From NCBI RefSeq assembly GCF_000315625.1, contig NW_005434671.1, positions 348,590 through 412,589 of the forward strand: a stretch of 64,000 bases of DNA. The letters are read 5' to 3'. This stretch comes from Guillardia theta CCMP2712. Taxonomy: Eukaryota; Protista; Cryptophyta. Both the position numbers and the translations under genes were made by a program. Below are positions 12,567 through 24,150 of this stretch, piece by piece (within the stretch, counting starts at the first letter, position 1; every line of letters starts with the position of its first letter). A model generated the notes under the pieces. That model saw nothing but the letters and a program-made list of their open reading frames with translations, was not told the DNA's origin and searched no databases.

Positions 12567-15500
12567 ATGTTGTCCCACACCATGGGCAGGCCGAGGCTTC
12601 CAGCGAAGAAAATATGCTCATCATGCCACAGACGACGAGAAATGACCAGCATTCGAAAGTGGCATGGTGTGTCTATGTGCACAACTTGTGTTGCAAGGTT
12701 GAAAAAACACAAGGATTGCAATGATCTTGAGCAGATCTTGCTCTCTCAATGGGATGATGCCTTGGTTTTCAAGCTGTTGGATTTCTTGCAATGCCATGGC
12801 CATGCAACTTTATCTGTGGAGTGTGAAGACGAGAATCTTTTAGTTTCAGCGACCCATTACCTCAAGTGGAGTCTTCGTTCTGTATCCTTGTATGAAGTCC
12901 AGAACAAACTAAAGGTCCTCGGAGATGTCTATGGGCCTACATCAGAAGGATTTTCGAGATGTTTTCTCCAGCACTACATGCAGGTTTTCGAACAACAAGC
13001 ATCTGGCAAATCACATGGAGGCACAAAGGCCATTTATGAGCACTTGAATCGACTTCGTACACGTATTGGCAACATTCACAGGAAGAATCGAAACCTTCTT
13101 TCTCGCATGGAAGAATGGTCTACTGCTCACTTCGAGAATTTGAATTCATTGCAAACTACTATACACGATTACTTTGTGAAGTAAGTCTGAGATGTTGCTT
13201 TCTTTCCATGCCAGTGACCTGACGATCATTGTACAGGTATGCAAGAATGTCGGATGAACATGTTGACACAAGTGAGAGTCTTCCAAACAAACATGCCAAG
13301 GCGCAATCCGAACTGTTCATTCAGACAGTCCTTGAAACTTTTAGAACCCTTGACAGCCACACCCGATGTGACATGATTAGAAGGATTATGAGTGAACACG
13401 ACTCTCTGTGTCAAACACATGACAAGAATACAGAGCATGAGCTATCTGCGATATGTAAATTCGAAAATGCTGTTTCAAATCTGCATGCTGCTGGATTGCC
13501 GGATATACTTTCGGAGTTAGTAATCTTTGCCAGAAACGACATCCAAGCTTTCAAAAGCACACATAGAATCATGCCTTACCTCGTCATGGATTGGTGTCAT
13601 CAGAGCTTCAGAGCGAAAGATTCGAGGGGCATGAGATTCTCTCCGGAGGTTTTGAGTTTCGCATCAACAATTCTCAATGTTTGCGACGGGAGTACGTTCC
13701 GTTTACTGTCAGGGCCAGGGAACAAGTATACGAGAAACTTCCATTCTGATCAGGCTTTGCATAACTTGCCTCTACCGTCCATATCTACTCTTCATAAGCT
13801 GCAGAGTGCAGACATGAAGACACGTGATCTAAACAAGTCAAGAATCTGCAGCGAGGTTTTGCATGATTACGGTGAAATGAATTTTAACCTTGTAGAAGGT
13901 ATTCATGTGTTGGCGATGGACAAGACGATGATCAATGCTGGGTTTTGTAAACAGTTCGAAGACTGCGAAGCAGATTTAGGTGGAGTCACGGGGAAAACAA
14001 TGGATTTGTGTGAACGGCTTGAGATGCGACAGAGACGGTTGGCACGGCTTTGTTTGGAGGGAACAACCGCTGAATCGATTCAGGAGCATGTGATAGGCTT
14101 ATTGAAAACTGACTTGGATCACATCAATGAAAGGAAATCAACGACTGAACGGGACTACAAGAAAATTCGTGATAAGTATGTTGCAAAAATGATTAGCAAC
14201 AACGCAGATACGAGAAGGAATGTCTCTAATGAAGTCAGGTTTACGCCACATCAATTGTACATGGCCGGGGTCATTGAGGGATGTAGTCAGATCCAAACTC
14301 AAGTGCCGCAACTGATTGATCGTCTGAACAACTACATCAGTACCGCCACACCAAGCGAGGACGAGCGGCGTTCAATTCAAGATGAATTAAATGTATACAA
14401 TGACTTGTACTACAAGACGGCGATCGCCGAACTAGCAGAAGATGCAATATGTGTGGTTGCACAGGATGGACAAAAGCATATGCCTCCTGCGCCTGTTTAC
14501 ATCGGCTTTGCCCATAAAAGTTTGTGTTCCAAAGATGGAAAGGATATTTTTTTAGCTGTCACCAATGAAGCTTGGAAGAGAGGCGTGAACTTCAATGTGT
14601 GGTCTTTCGATGGGGAGTTCGCCTGTATATATCGTTATTTCTACCAAGACAAGCCAAGTACATTCATTCAGGAAGTGAAAGCCATTAACAAGACTGCAAC
14701 CAGTATGGAATATAGACATTTATGTACATCTATTTCAGCATACATTTCGGGGATATTCAAGTTCGAACCTCCAATTTCAGAGCACGACATTGAGAGTGAG
14801 TGCACATTGGACCATCCAGATGAGTACGATGGTGATGATTTGTCGTCATTGCCCATCACACCTCAGCAAGGAATTGTACACATGGATGTTGCTGAGATGA
14901 GAGAAATTAAACAGTTTGTTTTGCAGTTACGACAGAACCAGGCCATATGGCAAGTTCAGAAGGAGAAGACGCTACGATGCCACACGAGGAAGAGGCCCAG
15001 AGCGACCCTGAAAGAGATGTTTTGCAGGTTTCAAATATTTTGCAGACGGTACGGATATGAAGAAGTTCTTTCATTGGCCAAGCACAATGAAGAGGGGGGG
15101 GAAACATTCACTCCTTGGGAGATGGAGCGAAGAATAGCTGATGGACTAAATGACTTTGATGAACACAAGATCCGCTTTAAATTCGACGAATGGTTATCCA
15201 ATCCCGTCCTCTCTCCAATTACGAACAAGTTGTTGTTTTTCTCGCCGTGCATCAATCACTTGTTGAAGAATGTCAGGCATTCCATTGGATCAGGGAAGTC
15301 TCAATCGTCTTCTACGGAAGCCCAGATATGGCATAAAGCTTACAGTGATATCGCCAAGAAGAATCCTGCTTGGATGACTCAGATGGAAGTCGACGGGACC
15401 GCCGATCCACAATCGGTGGATATCATGCTGAAGATGTTCAGTGACAAGGCCATCAGTCTACTAAAGGCAGAAGGACATGAAGCGACAGCAAGAATGGCAG

Positions 15501-16108
15501 AGGCTATGTCTGGCCTGCACAAAGCATTCGATGAAAGAGGGCTGAAAGTTTCAGAGAGGATACGTCTCGTTCAAGAGGGTCGAAGATGGCTATTGGAAGG
15601 CATCGACTGGACCAGTGTCAGCCAAAAACATGTCAAGGGACTATCATCTGTAACATTTGAAGGCTTCATAGTTGCAATTGATACTCATCTGCAAGTACAA
15701 CAGTATGTGAGGGATAAGAATCATGCGCTGGGTGATAGAGACTATGACTTCAATTCACGAACTCTCTGCACGGATAGTGTAGAGAATCTGTGGTCGTTGA
15801 TCGGCCATCTGAACAAGAAGGATTTTCTGAGAAAATTCAATCAGGCATGCATAGAATTATCTAAAAAGGTGGATCCAAACCTGCCTTTTGTATACGAGCA
15901 TTCGAAGAAGCGAATTGTCCTGAGCAAACCGCACGACCGTGAAGCTTTCAATGCACGGGATGGATCTGATAATGATGTGGAGCCACACAATAGTACGCAG
16001 AAGAACAATCGAAAGCGAGTATATGCTAAATCAGGGCAATGGGATGAAGGATTAACAGGTAATATGCAACGGTTCCGGGGATTGCGTAGCATTGCTGGCT
16101 GCAAGTAG
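12567..16108 (+). CDS. P-element/THAP9-superfamily DDE transposase-like protein, two exons (12567-13180, 13237-16108), ~1160 aa
   Basis: GTAAGT...TACAG intron 13181-13236 joins the two ORFs in frame. Motifs in P-transposase order: GMRFSPEVLSFA, LPSISTL, VLAMDKTMI (D1), WSFDGEF (D2), CINHLLKNVRH, DPQSVDIMLKMFS, ATARMAEAMSGLHKAFDERG, TLCTDSVENLWS (E). N-terminal CSSC...CTTC zinc finger. The start could also be 12516 or 12582. Confidence 0.8.
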
Positions 16109-16379
16109 AAAAAAGTACGTATTGTGGAAAATATTAAACACTGCTACGATGCAATTCAAATGATTGATACCATGATATAGATTTTACAATTTCCTGATAG
16201 GCTATGGTGGTTTCACGATTGTCATCATTGCACAGGCTGAATTAATCATCCTTAAACCTGGTCGCCGCCTTGCTGCCATTGCGATTTCCTGCAAACTCAC
16301 CCACCCCCTCCTGAAAAGGTACCCCCAAAATATCATACAAAAATACCGGTACTAGACCATTTTATTGGGAGTTCCTCCC

Positions 16380-17260
16380 CCGTGCCGACCCCCCAGCCGA
16401 CCCCCAGCCGACCCCCCTCAGCGACCCCCGGCCCGCCGGGCCGCGGCAGGACTCCCGGGACCCCGGGCCCTCAGCCCTGGACCGTACAACCTTGAACGGT
16501 CACCTCGGACCGGCGGACCGCTGGACCGATCGGCCGCGTAGTCAGACTCGCCAGGCCGGCCAACCCGCCGTGGGTGCCTATCATACTAGGATAGTATCAG
16601 TGCCACCGTGTGCCGGCAGAGCTGGCTAATTGACAGTGATGATCATCGGATGTTTGTGTGCCAATTGTGCCGGTAAATTACTGGCTAATTGATAGCCGAT
16701 TTCAGGTTTGATGATGTTTGTGTTAATTGCTGGCTAATTGATAGCCGATTTCAGGTTTGATGATGTTTGTGTGCCAATTGTGCCGGTAAATTACTGGCTA
16801 ATTGATAGCCGATTTCAGGCCTGATGATGTTTGTGTGCCAATTGTGCCGCCGCCGGGTAAATTACTGGCTAATTGATAGCCGATTTCAGGTTTGTGCCGC
16901 TTCCGTCGGACTCCCGGGAGCCGCGCGCCCGGCCCGCCGCGGCCGGAGGCCCGGCGCCGGGCCACTGATCATTGCTCAGTGCGGCTGCCCGGTACTAGGC
17001 TAGCTGGCAGTTAGTACTGCTCGTACTGATTTTTAACTTAACTTTGAGTAAACTTGGGAAGCAGTTAGTACTACAATGATGATGCCGTGCCCGAACCGTG
17101 CCGTGCATCGAACGGTGTGCCGCGCCGTGCGGCCCGGCGGCCGGGCCGCACTCAGGCTGCACAGTGGCGTGCCCCCGGCGGCCCGCATCTCAGTCCTGAA
17201 TTTGAAAGTACCGTGACCGCCGCTGAGACTCTCAGTACTAGTATTTGAAATTGGAACTGG
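16380..17260. repeat. GC-rich non-coding repeat element (CCGG/ACTCAG/CAGTG words) enclosing a minisatellite
   Basis: Same word composition as 342-620 and 44150-44630. Shares CTCGTACTGAT(T/C)TTT(A/G)ACTTAACTT (17020 vs 44531). GGACTCCCGGGA is repeated at ~16449 and ~16908. Confidence 0.55.
16622..16897. repeat. Minisatellite, 5 copies of a 49-71 bp unit containing the hairpin GGCTA-ATTGA-TAGCC
   Basis: CTGGCTAATTGA starts at 16622, 16681, 16730, 16794 and 16865. Unit CTGGCTAATTGATAGCCGATTTCAGGTTTGATGATGTTTGTGTGCCAATTGTGCCGGTAAATTA. The first copy is degenerate. Confidence 0.92.
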
Positions 17261-17329
17261 GAAATTGGTTAGGTTCTGTTTCAACAGTCGGAAGGCAAAA
17301 CGTTATAGAAGCCAGGAAATACGAAGGCA

Positions 17330-17771
17330 CAACAATGCGAAACGCTTACAGTTTGCTTGGAGCACATGTATGTGGGCCCGTACAACACACCCGTAACCAA
17401 GTACAGTAGTGTTAGTACCATTTTTGATAAATAGTATTATAGTTTTCGTACTTCCCCGAACAGTAGTAGCGCTTAAACCCTTTCCCTATTGTTCTATTTC
17501 TGGTACCAGTAGTCTATCTAGCTGTACCGTGCTAGGGCGGGTCAACTCGAGGGTCCCACAACAATGCGAAACGATGCTTGTTCCTTTGTGTTAAGAGGGA
17601 TGAGGGGTAGTAGGTTCCAGGGTAAGGTGGGAGGTAGGGTGGTGTGAAGGAAAGGAGGGGATGAGGGACACGCGAGCACATGAACTGGCCAGGAACAGAA
17701 ATGAACGGCAACAATCTGAAACGACGTGGATTGCCTTGCAAAAGTGTTTTGCCCCGCAACAATACCAATCG
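17330..17771 (+). repeat. Four dispersed direct copies of the CAACAATnnGAAnCG half-site
   Basis: CAACAATGCGAAACG at 17330 and 17559, CAACAATCTGAAACG at 17709, degenerate CAACAATACCAATCG at 17757. Confidence 0.75.
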
Positions 17772-18039
17772 ACGCAATTCCTGAAGATTTGAGGAGATGC
17801 GGGCACACAGAAGATGTAGAAGGCGGGCCCGGGAAGGATCCATGGAAGAAAGTACGGTTGACTGTCACTTTGTATTGAATTTGTTGAATTAACTTAATTA
17901 TCTATACTAAATTTGTAAGTTGTATTGTATCTTGATACTAGTAAAATTATTATTAAAGAAACAGTAGGAAAAAACTAACTGTGAAATAAAGTCAACATGA
18001 TTGCTCCTGGTACCGGACGGTTACATCGGCAAAGGTGCA

Positions 18040-18600
18040 TGATGAGGTAGGGGTGGTCACCTCATAGTCAATGGTGGGTACCTTTGTGGGATATGATGGG
18101 GTAGATGATCGAAAATCTGGTCTAAAAAGTAACTATCGAGGGTGGGGTGCATCGGTTACGATCGGTACGGACGGATGTGGGTGGGGTGGGGGAATACGTT
18201 CAGAGGAAGGTGGTGGTACAAATATTGTGGGGTGGGTCCCTAAGAAGTAGATTCCCCCAAGGGGTGCGGATTGAGGACTTATTAATCGTGGGGTACCTTT
18301 ATAGGAAAAGTAGGGGTCTGTGCGGGTACATTCGATGAACACAGGGGTGTATCCGGAACGGGGTATACACATGGTGGGTAAAGGCCCATGGGGGTCGGTC
18401 AAATGGAGGCGCAATGGATTTTCTACCAGTACCGGTTATATCCCTCCCGAAAATGACCATCCGAAGGGGGTATGTGGTATGAGCAAGGGAACCTCGGGCA
18501 CCGGGGTAGTTGGTACCTGTAAGTTAGTTTCGGGAAGGTGGGGTGGGGTACTGTGGTAGGGTGGGGTCGGTGGTGTCGGTAGTACATTCCAAGAAGAGGG
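18040..18600 (+). promoter_or_regulatory. GGGTA/GGGGT-rich putative promoter upstream of the PPP phosphatase
   Basis: Many GGGTA/GGGGT words on the sense strand immediately 5' of the gene. The same pattern occurs before other genes in the window. Confidence 0.5.
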
Positions 18601-18835
18601 AAACTCACATGGCGGCGAGTATGAGAGCGAAGAGGAAGCAGTGAGAGAGGTTGGGGCCTCTCACCTTCACAACAGACCCTCGTCCTTCTCTGGTCTCGCC
18701 TTAGCTACAGTGCAGCTGCTCGACAGCAGCTCTTTGGCTGGTGGGGTTGTTCGACGGATCCTGGGAACCTGGGGCAATCCACTCCCAGCAAACTGCTCTG
18801 ACCTTTCCCTTTCTTGGACGCAGGAAGGTGGTAGC

Positions 18836-21112
18836 ATGAACGAATCTATATCATCTCGTGCACCATTCGAATGCGTCTGTGGCTTCACGGCTGGGACAAG
18901 CTTTGCATGGGAGAAGCACCTGGCTCTCAGAAATACCCCGTATTCAGCTGTCAAACACACCCGTGTTATCCGAGGCGGCCAGGAAAGTGCGAAGAAGCTG
19001 TCAAACTCCACGGAGTCACCTCATAAATCTCTGAATGGTTCCCACGACGATGGCCATATTCTAGGTGGTTACCCCACGCCGAAAGGTTGTGATTGTATGC
19101 TGTGTTTGAAGCCGACATCAGTTATACCAGTGATCACGACCGTTCATTTCCTGTATGCTAGAGACGAATAAGCTTATGTTGATCTATGTTGATCGGTATA
19201 GTCCCATGAGTGAACGAAGCTGCTTGTGTTCGCAAAGGGATAATGAATGCGGATGTTGCGGGCCGCTGAACACCAGCTGACAATCTGATGATGTTGATGT
19301 GTTAGATGAGGTCTTTGCATCTACTGACATGTTCCTCACCCTTAGCGCTCTTTCGGGATCGCAGCAACCATTCTTTGGAGACGCCGACAAGGACTCAAGT
19401 CTCATCTCCCAAGAGTCCGATACTAAACGGGCTCCACCTGGACGAAGCGGCTTCGAGCGGTGACATGGACAGAGTTGCGAGGTTGGCGGTAGAAATTCTC
19501 CGCCTTGCGCAACAAGGGGACAGTCACGGGGTCCTGGATCTTATCACTGATAAGAGGAAGAGTGACGTTGAGAAGAACCATCATTCGTCTCATCACGCGA
19601 AATCGAAGGACATCCGTTTCTCTGCCAACATCACAGCCGTGCACCACGATGTGCATGGTGTGACCCTCGAGCAGGTGATGCCGTCGGTGCTTGAAGTTGG
19701 CTCAACTGACATGGAGGCAGGTTGCCACGGGGTTGAAGAACTCGAGGAATACAGAGAGCATGGGATCCAAGGATGCCCTGCGTCTTCTTGCAATCACGGA
19801 GCCTTTGTTGGAAGCGTCCTCTACGTCGAGCACTCCCGCGCAGTTTGGCGTTGACGTTGGTGTGCTGAAGCGGACCATCATAGCCGTCGCTCAGTGTGCC
19901 TCGAGGTTTGCTGCATGTTTGCCTTGATAGGGAGCCTGCGCTGAGACTGAAGTTCACAGGATCACTGCTGGGGAACCGCGGATCTTGGAAACCCGCTCTC
20001 CGGTCTATGTCCTCGGAGACGTGCATGGTAACTTGAACGATCTGGAGTTCTTCAGGAAGTCCTTCTGGCCACTGGGACCGGAAGTGACGGCAGGAGACTT
20101 CTTGTTCCTCGGAGACTTCGTGGACCGCGGCAGAGACTCGATTGCAGTTGTGTCCTACATAATGAGCATGAAGGTCCTGCATCCCAACAAGTGGTGGATG
20201 ATCCGGGGGAACCACGAGACGCGCGAGGTCAATGGCAACATGGAGCACTACATGGAGGGGAGCTTCCTTTCGCAATGCATCGCCCTCTTTGGAGACACGG
20301 ACGGGTACGCAGTCTGGGAAGCAGTGAACAACTTCTTCGACACCCTCCCGCTGGCTGCGACCATCGATGGTAAGTCCCTCACCTCGGAGCGTACCCGGGG
20401 CCCCTTGTGGTGACTTTTGCTCTTGCTAGATACCATCTTCTGTGTCCATGGAGGGATCCCACGAGAGCTCTGCCGGAGAGGCTCCAGCCTCGACCTCATC
20501 CGCAACGTCGAGTGTCCTCTCCGATCCGTGCAGACCAACGAGGTTGTCTACGAGATGCTGTGGTCTGATCCGTCCTTGCCCGAGCAGGAGCAGAACGACG
20601 AGCTGGACGACTCGGGCTTTGGAGTCAGCGCCAGGGGCTGCACCTGCTTCGGGGAAAAGTCGATCGACCTCTTCCTCGACATCCACCGGTTCAAGCACGT
20701 CTTCCGGGGCCACGAGGCGCAGCAGTCTGGGGTAGGAGTGAGCAAGAGCGCCCGGCTTACCACCATCTTTTCCACCTCCAAGGATCACTTCTCCGCTGAC
20801 GTGACGGCGACCTGCGGCTGTGTGCTGGTGGATCACGACACCATCCACCCTATCGTCCGAGCCCTTCCCACCGCCGGCCTCAAGCCCACGTATGCGGGGC
20901 AGTCGGTGGAGGCACAGGAGGCTCAGTTCGCGCACGTGGAGCCGTCGCATCGGGGACATGGCTCGCACAGCATCGCCTCCCTGTCGCTGAGGGATGCGGA
21001 CTCGTCGAGGGGATGGAGCTACCAAGGGGAGCAGAAGTACAAGAGAGCTTGGGAGACGACCAGCATCTCCTCGAGCCCGAATCGTTACGCGCTGAGAGCG
21101 GGGAGCCCTTGA
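18836..21112 (+). CDS. PPP-family Ser/Thr protein phosphatase with long N-terminal extension, multi-exon
   Basis: GDVHG, GDFVDRG, RGNHE, CVHGG, LWSDP, RG...FG, FRGHE. Intron GTAAG at ~20370 to TAG at ~20429. The start may lie further upstream (ATG at ~18609). Confidence 0.92.
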
Positions 21113-21504
21113 AGTTTTAACGTGCTGATTCCGACACGCTCGAAAGAGATCGGAGTGAGGGAGGAGTGAGGGTGGGGGGGCGGAGCAGACTATCTTCCTC
21201 CTACATCCTCTTCATTTTTGTTTGTTAAAGATTCTGATTAAACCATCTGATGAAACATCGCACTTTCCTACTTCTCTCTCTCTCCTCTCCTGTCTTCTTT
21301 CCTTCTCTCTCCTCTCCTGTCTTCTGTCCGAGGCTTCTCCTCTCCTGTCTTCTTTCCTTCTCTCTCCTCTCCTGTCTTCTTTCCTTCTCTTTTCTCCTCC
21401 CTTTCTCCCCCCGCCTTCCGCCCTGGCAGTTTGCCATACCCTGTCCGCGAAGAGTTTTGTCTGTTTTTTGGATTTTTACTCCCCTCCCCCCCCCGCAACC
21501 CTCA

Positions 21505-21677
21505 CTCCTCCCTCGCTCCCTCGCTCCCTCGCTCCCTCGCTCCCTCGCTCCCTCGCTCCCTCGCTCCCTCGCTCCCTCCCTCGCTCCCTCCCTCGCTCCC
21601 TCCCTCTCTGCTTGCACGCCACTGACTATCCCTCGATGAAGGGGACTGGCTGATCTCTCTCTCTTCTCTTCTCTCTC

Positions 21678-21708
<31 letters not shown>

Positions 21709-21854
21709 CCCCCTCTCCCTCTCTTTCTCCCCTCCCTCCCTCCCTCCCTCTAAANNNNNNNNNNNNNNNNNNNNNNNNNNNNNNNNNNNNNNNNNNNNNN
21801 NNNNNNNNNNNNNNNNNNNNNNNNNNNNNNNNNNNNNNNNNNNNNNNNNNNNNN

Positions 21855-21889
<35 letters not shown>

Positions 21890-21960
21890 CTCTCTCTCTC
21901 CTCTCCCCCTCCTCTCCCTCTCCTTTCTCCCTCCCTCCCTCCCTCCCTCTCATCTCCCTC
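21505..21960. repeat. (CTCCCTCG)n / (CT)n microsatellites around a 100-N gap (21755-21854)
   Basis: Seen directly. Confidence 0.9.
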
Positions 21961-21988
21961 CCTCCCCGTGCTGTCTTGAAAGGGGAGC

Positions 21989-23617
21989 ATGAGCTTGCAG
22001 CAGATCCTTCGCGAGCGAGACCTGGCAGGGAGAGTCTGGCCGGCAGATCGAGTCGTGATGGGCTCACGGGTAACCCTCGTGCTCCTGCTCCTCCTCGTGC
22101 TCCTGCTCCTCCTGCTCCTCCTCTGCTCCTGCTCCTCCTCCTCCTGCTCCTGCTGCTCGTTGACATTTCTCCTCCTCAACAGACTTGCAAGGCCCTCAGC
22201 AAGTTCTTCGCAGACGAGTGCTGGAGCAACATGCTGGTCTCCCTGCGAGCCAAGAAGAACGCGACGAGAGGAGCGCTCATGACAATGACCTTCCTTCCCT
22301 TCCGTTCCCTCGGCATCGCCGTCTCCTTCACGCGTCTCGCGAATTCCAAGTGGTTGCACCCATTCCAGGCTGCGGTGAAAGCGGCATCGAGCAAGGGGTG
22401 GAAGGGGGTGGTGGAGGTGCATGCTGACTTCACGGGCCTGGAGGACAGGCCGATGTCGGTCCTCACCGCCGTCCTCTCCTCCTTCCCCTGCTCTCTCACT
22501 GTGCTCAACCTCAGCTGGAACCAAATCTCCGACGGCGGGCTGCAGGAGCTCGACCACGTGCTGGCGTGCAACTCCAGCCTGCAGCAGCTGCAGCTGGGAG
22601 GATGCGGGCTGGGAGCTGAGGGAGTCAAGGGCCTTGCAGGCATCCTGAGGAGCGCGAGCTCCCTTGCGCATGTAGACCTGCACCACAACCTCATCGGGCC
22701 GAGCAGCATCAGGGTCATCGGGGAGGCGCTGGCGAGCAGAAGCATGCTGCTGTCGCTGGATGTGAGCGAGAACATGATTGGGTCCTGGGGGGTCGGCGAC
22801 CTTTTCTCTTTTCTCCCTTGCTCCGTGACAAGGCTCAACCTGTGGAACAACCGGATCCATGCCGAGGGTTGCCGGAGGCTGGCCGGGGCCCTCCCGCGCC
22901 TGGAGAGCCTGCAGTCCCTGACACTGAGGAGTAACGACATCAAGGACGCGGGTTGCAGCCTGGTGGTGAGCAGCCTGTCGAGGGGGATCAGGCACCTTGA
23001 CCTGCGGGAGAACATGATCACGGAGGAGGGAGCCAAGGCCATCGCAGAGAACCTGCCGAGCATGCGGAAGCTTTCCTGCCTGATGCTCGACACCAACCTC
23101 ATCGGCGATGACGGGGCCAAGCACCTGGTCCTGTCCCTGCCCTCCTGTTACAGTAAGTCCCTCATCCTCAGGATCACACAGCAGCATCTTTCATGTGCTG
23201 TGCTGTGCTGTGCTGTGCTGTGCTGTGCTGTGCTGTGCTGTGCTGTGCTGTGCTGTGCTGTGCTGTGCTGTGCTGTGCTGTGCTGTGCTGTGCTGTGCTG
23301 TGCTGTGCTGTGCTGTGCTGTGCTGTGCCGCACTTCCCTGCCTGCGTCTTCCTCTTCTCTGTCTCAGCGGCTGTCTACGTTCACCTCGATGGTTCCCACG
23401 TCCCATCGCACTCATCAACTTCTCTGGTTAATAGTCTTGACACATCACCACAGACCTCACAGACTTTCACTTCAGCAACAACGGGATCAGCAACCACCTC
23501 CACCGGATGCTCAAGGTCTCCATACAGGACAAGTGCAAGCTGCACGTCTGGGAGTTTGAGGAGCTCTTTGGTTTCAAGCACTCCTCCAACAACAACTTGC
23601 AGGACATCGTCATCTGA
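21989..23617 (+). CDS. RNI-like leucine-rich repeat protein (3 exons: 21989-22069, 22183-23152, 23454-23617)
   Basis: Repeats LTVLNLSWNQISDGG, LAHVDLHHNLIGPSS, LDVSENMIGSWG, LNLWNNRIHAEG, LTLRSNDIKDAG, LDLRENMITEEG, LMLDTNLIGDDG. GT-AG introns restore the frame. Confidence 0.85.
23194..23327. repeat. (TGCTG)n pentanucleotide microsatellite inside the LRR gene intron
   Basis: Seen directly. It generates spurious CCAVL/STAQH ORF repeats. Confidence 0.95.
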
Positions 23618-23903
23618 TGTTCCTGATGTTGAAGCTGTACGATAATCTCCGTCCCCCTTGCCCCCTCCCTATCCTCCCCCCCGGCCCCCTTGCCCCCCAG
23701 CCCCCTTGCCTCTCCCCCCCCCTTCCCGGCCCCTCCCTCCCTCCTCCTCCTCCTCCTCCTCCTCCTCCTCCTCCTCCTCCTCCTCCTTGCTGCTCCCTCT
23801 CCATTTCTCCTCTCTCATCTCCTGTCCTCCCCTACCTCCTCCTCCCCTTTCATTCCTACCTTCCTCCACTTCAACTTCCTCCTCGTGTTCATCCTCCCTC
23901 TAC

Positions 23904-24150
23904 AAGCTCACATGCAGCGGCAGGCAGCGAAGCTGGAGCAGGAGACAACAATCAACGAAGAATTCCGTCTGGTCCTCACGAAGAGTAGCAGACTTGCGCG
24001 CGTCTCCTTCCTGTCCCGCCCTTCTCCCCACGAGGAGCTCGAGATCGGGCACGTCCTCCTCGACCTCTCAGACCTTGTGGTCCAAACCTCCGGCTCCCGT
24101 CAGGGCTGGTTCCATGTTAACAGAGGGCAGGCAAGACAGGGCGAGCCGGG
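23904..24150 (+). other. Orphan exon encoding a C2-domain-like fragment next to the 100-N gap (24213-24312)
   Basis: INEEFRLVL...RVSFLSR...EIGHVLLDLSDLV...RQGWFHV, ending at a GTAAG donor at 24151. No flanking exons are visible. Confidence 0.5.

Noticed and set aside
13229-16108. Fanzor/TnpB or other RNA-guided nuclease
   Set aside because: There is no RuvC plus C-terminal zinc-finger layout. The motifs fit a P-type DDE transposase.
16622-16897. CRISPR-like reading of the palindromic minisatellite
   Set aside because: The intervening sequences are copies of one another, not unique spacers.
12280-17900. Terminal inverted repeats / target-site duplication for the transposase
   Set aside because: I tried several left-end candidates by eye (CATGCAGAGC, CACTATGGCG, CAGGGTGTCA, TAGTGTGGG) and found no matching inverted copy on the right. 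A computational search is still needed.
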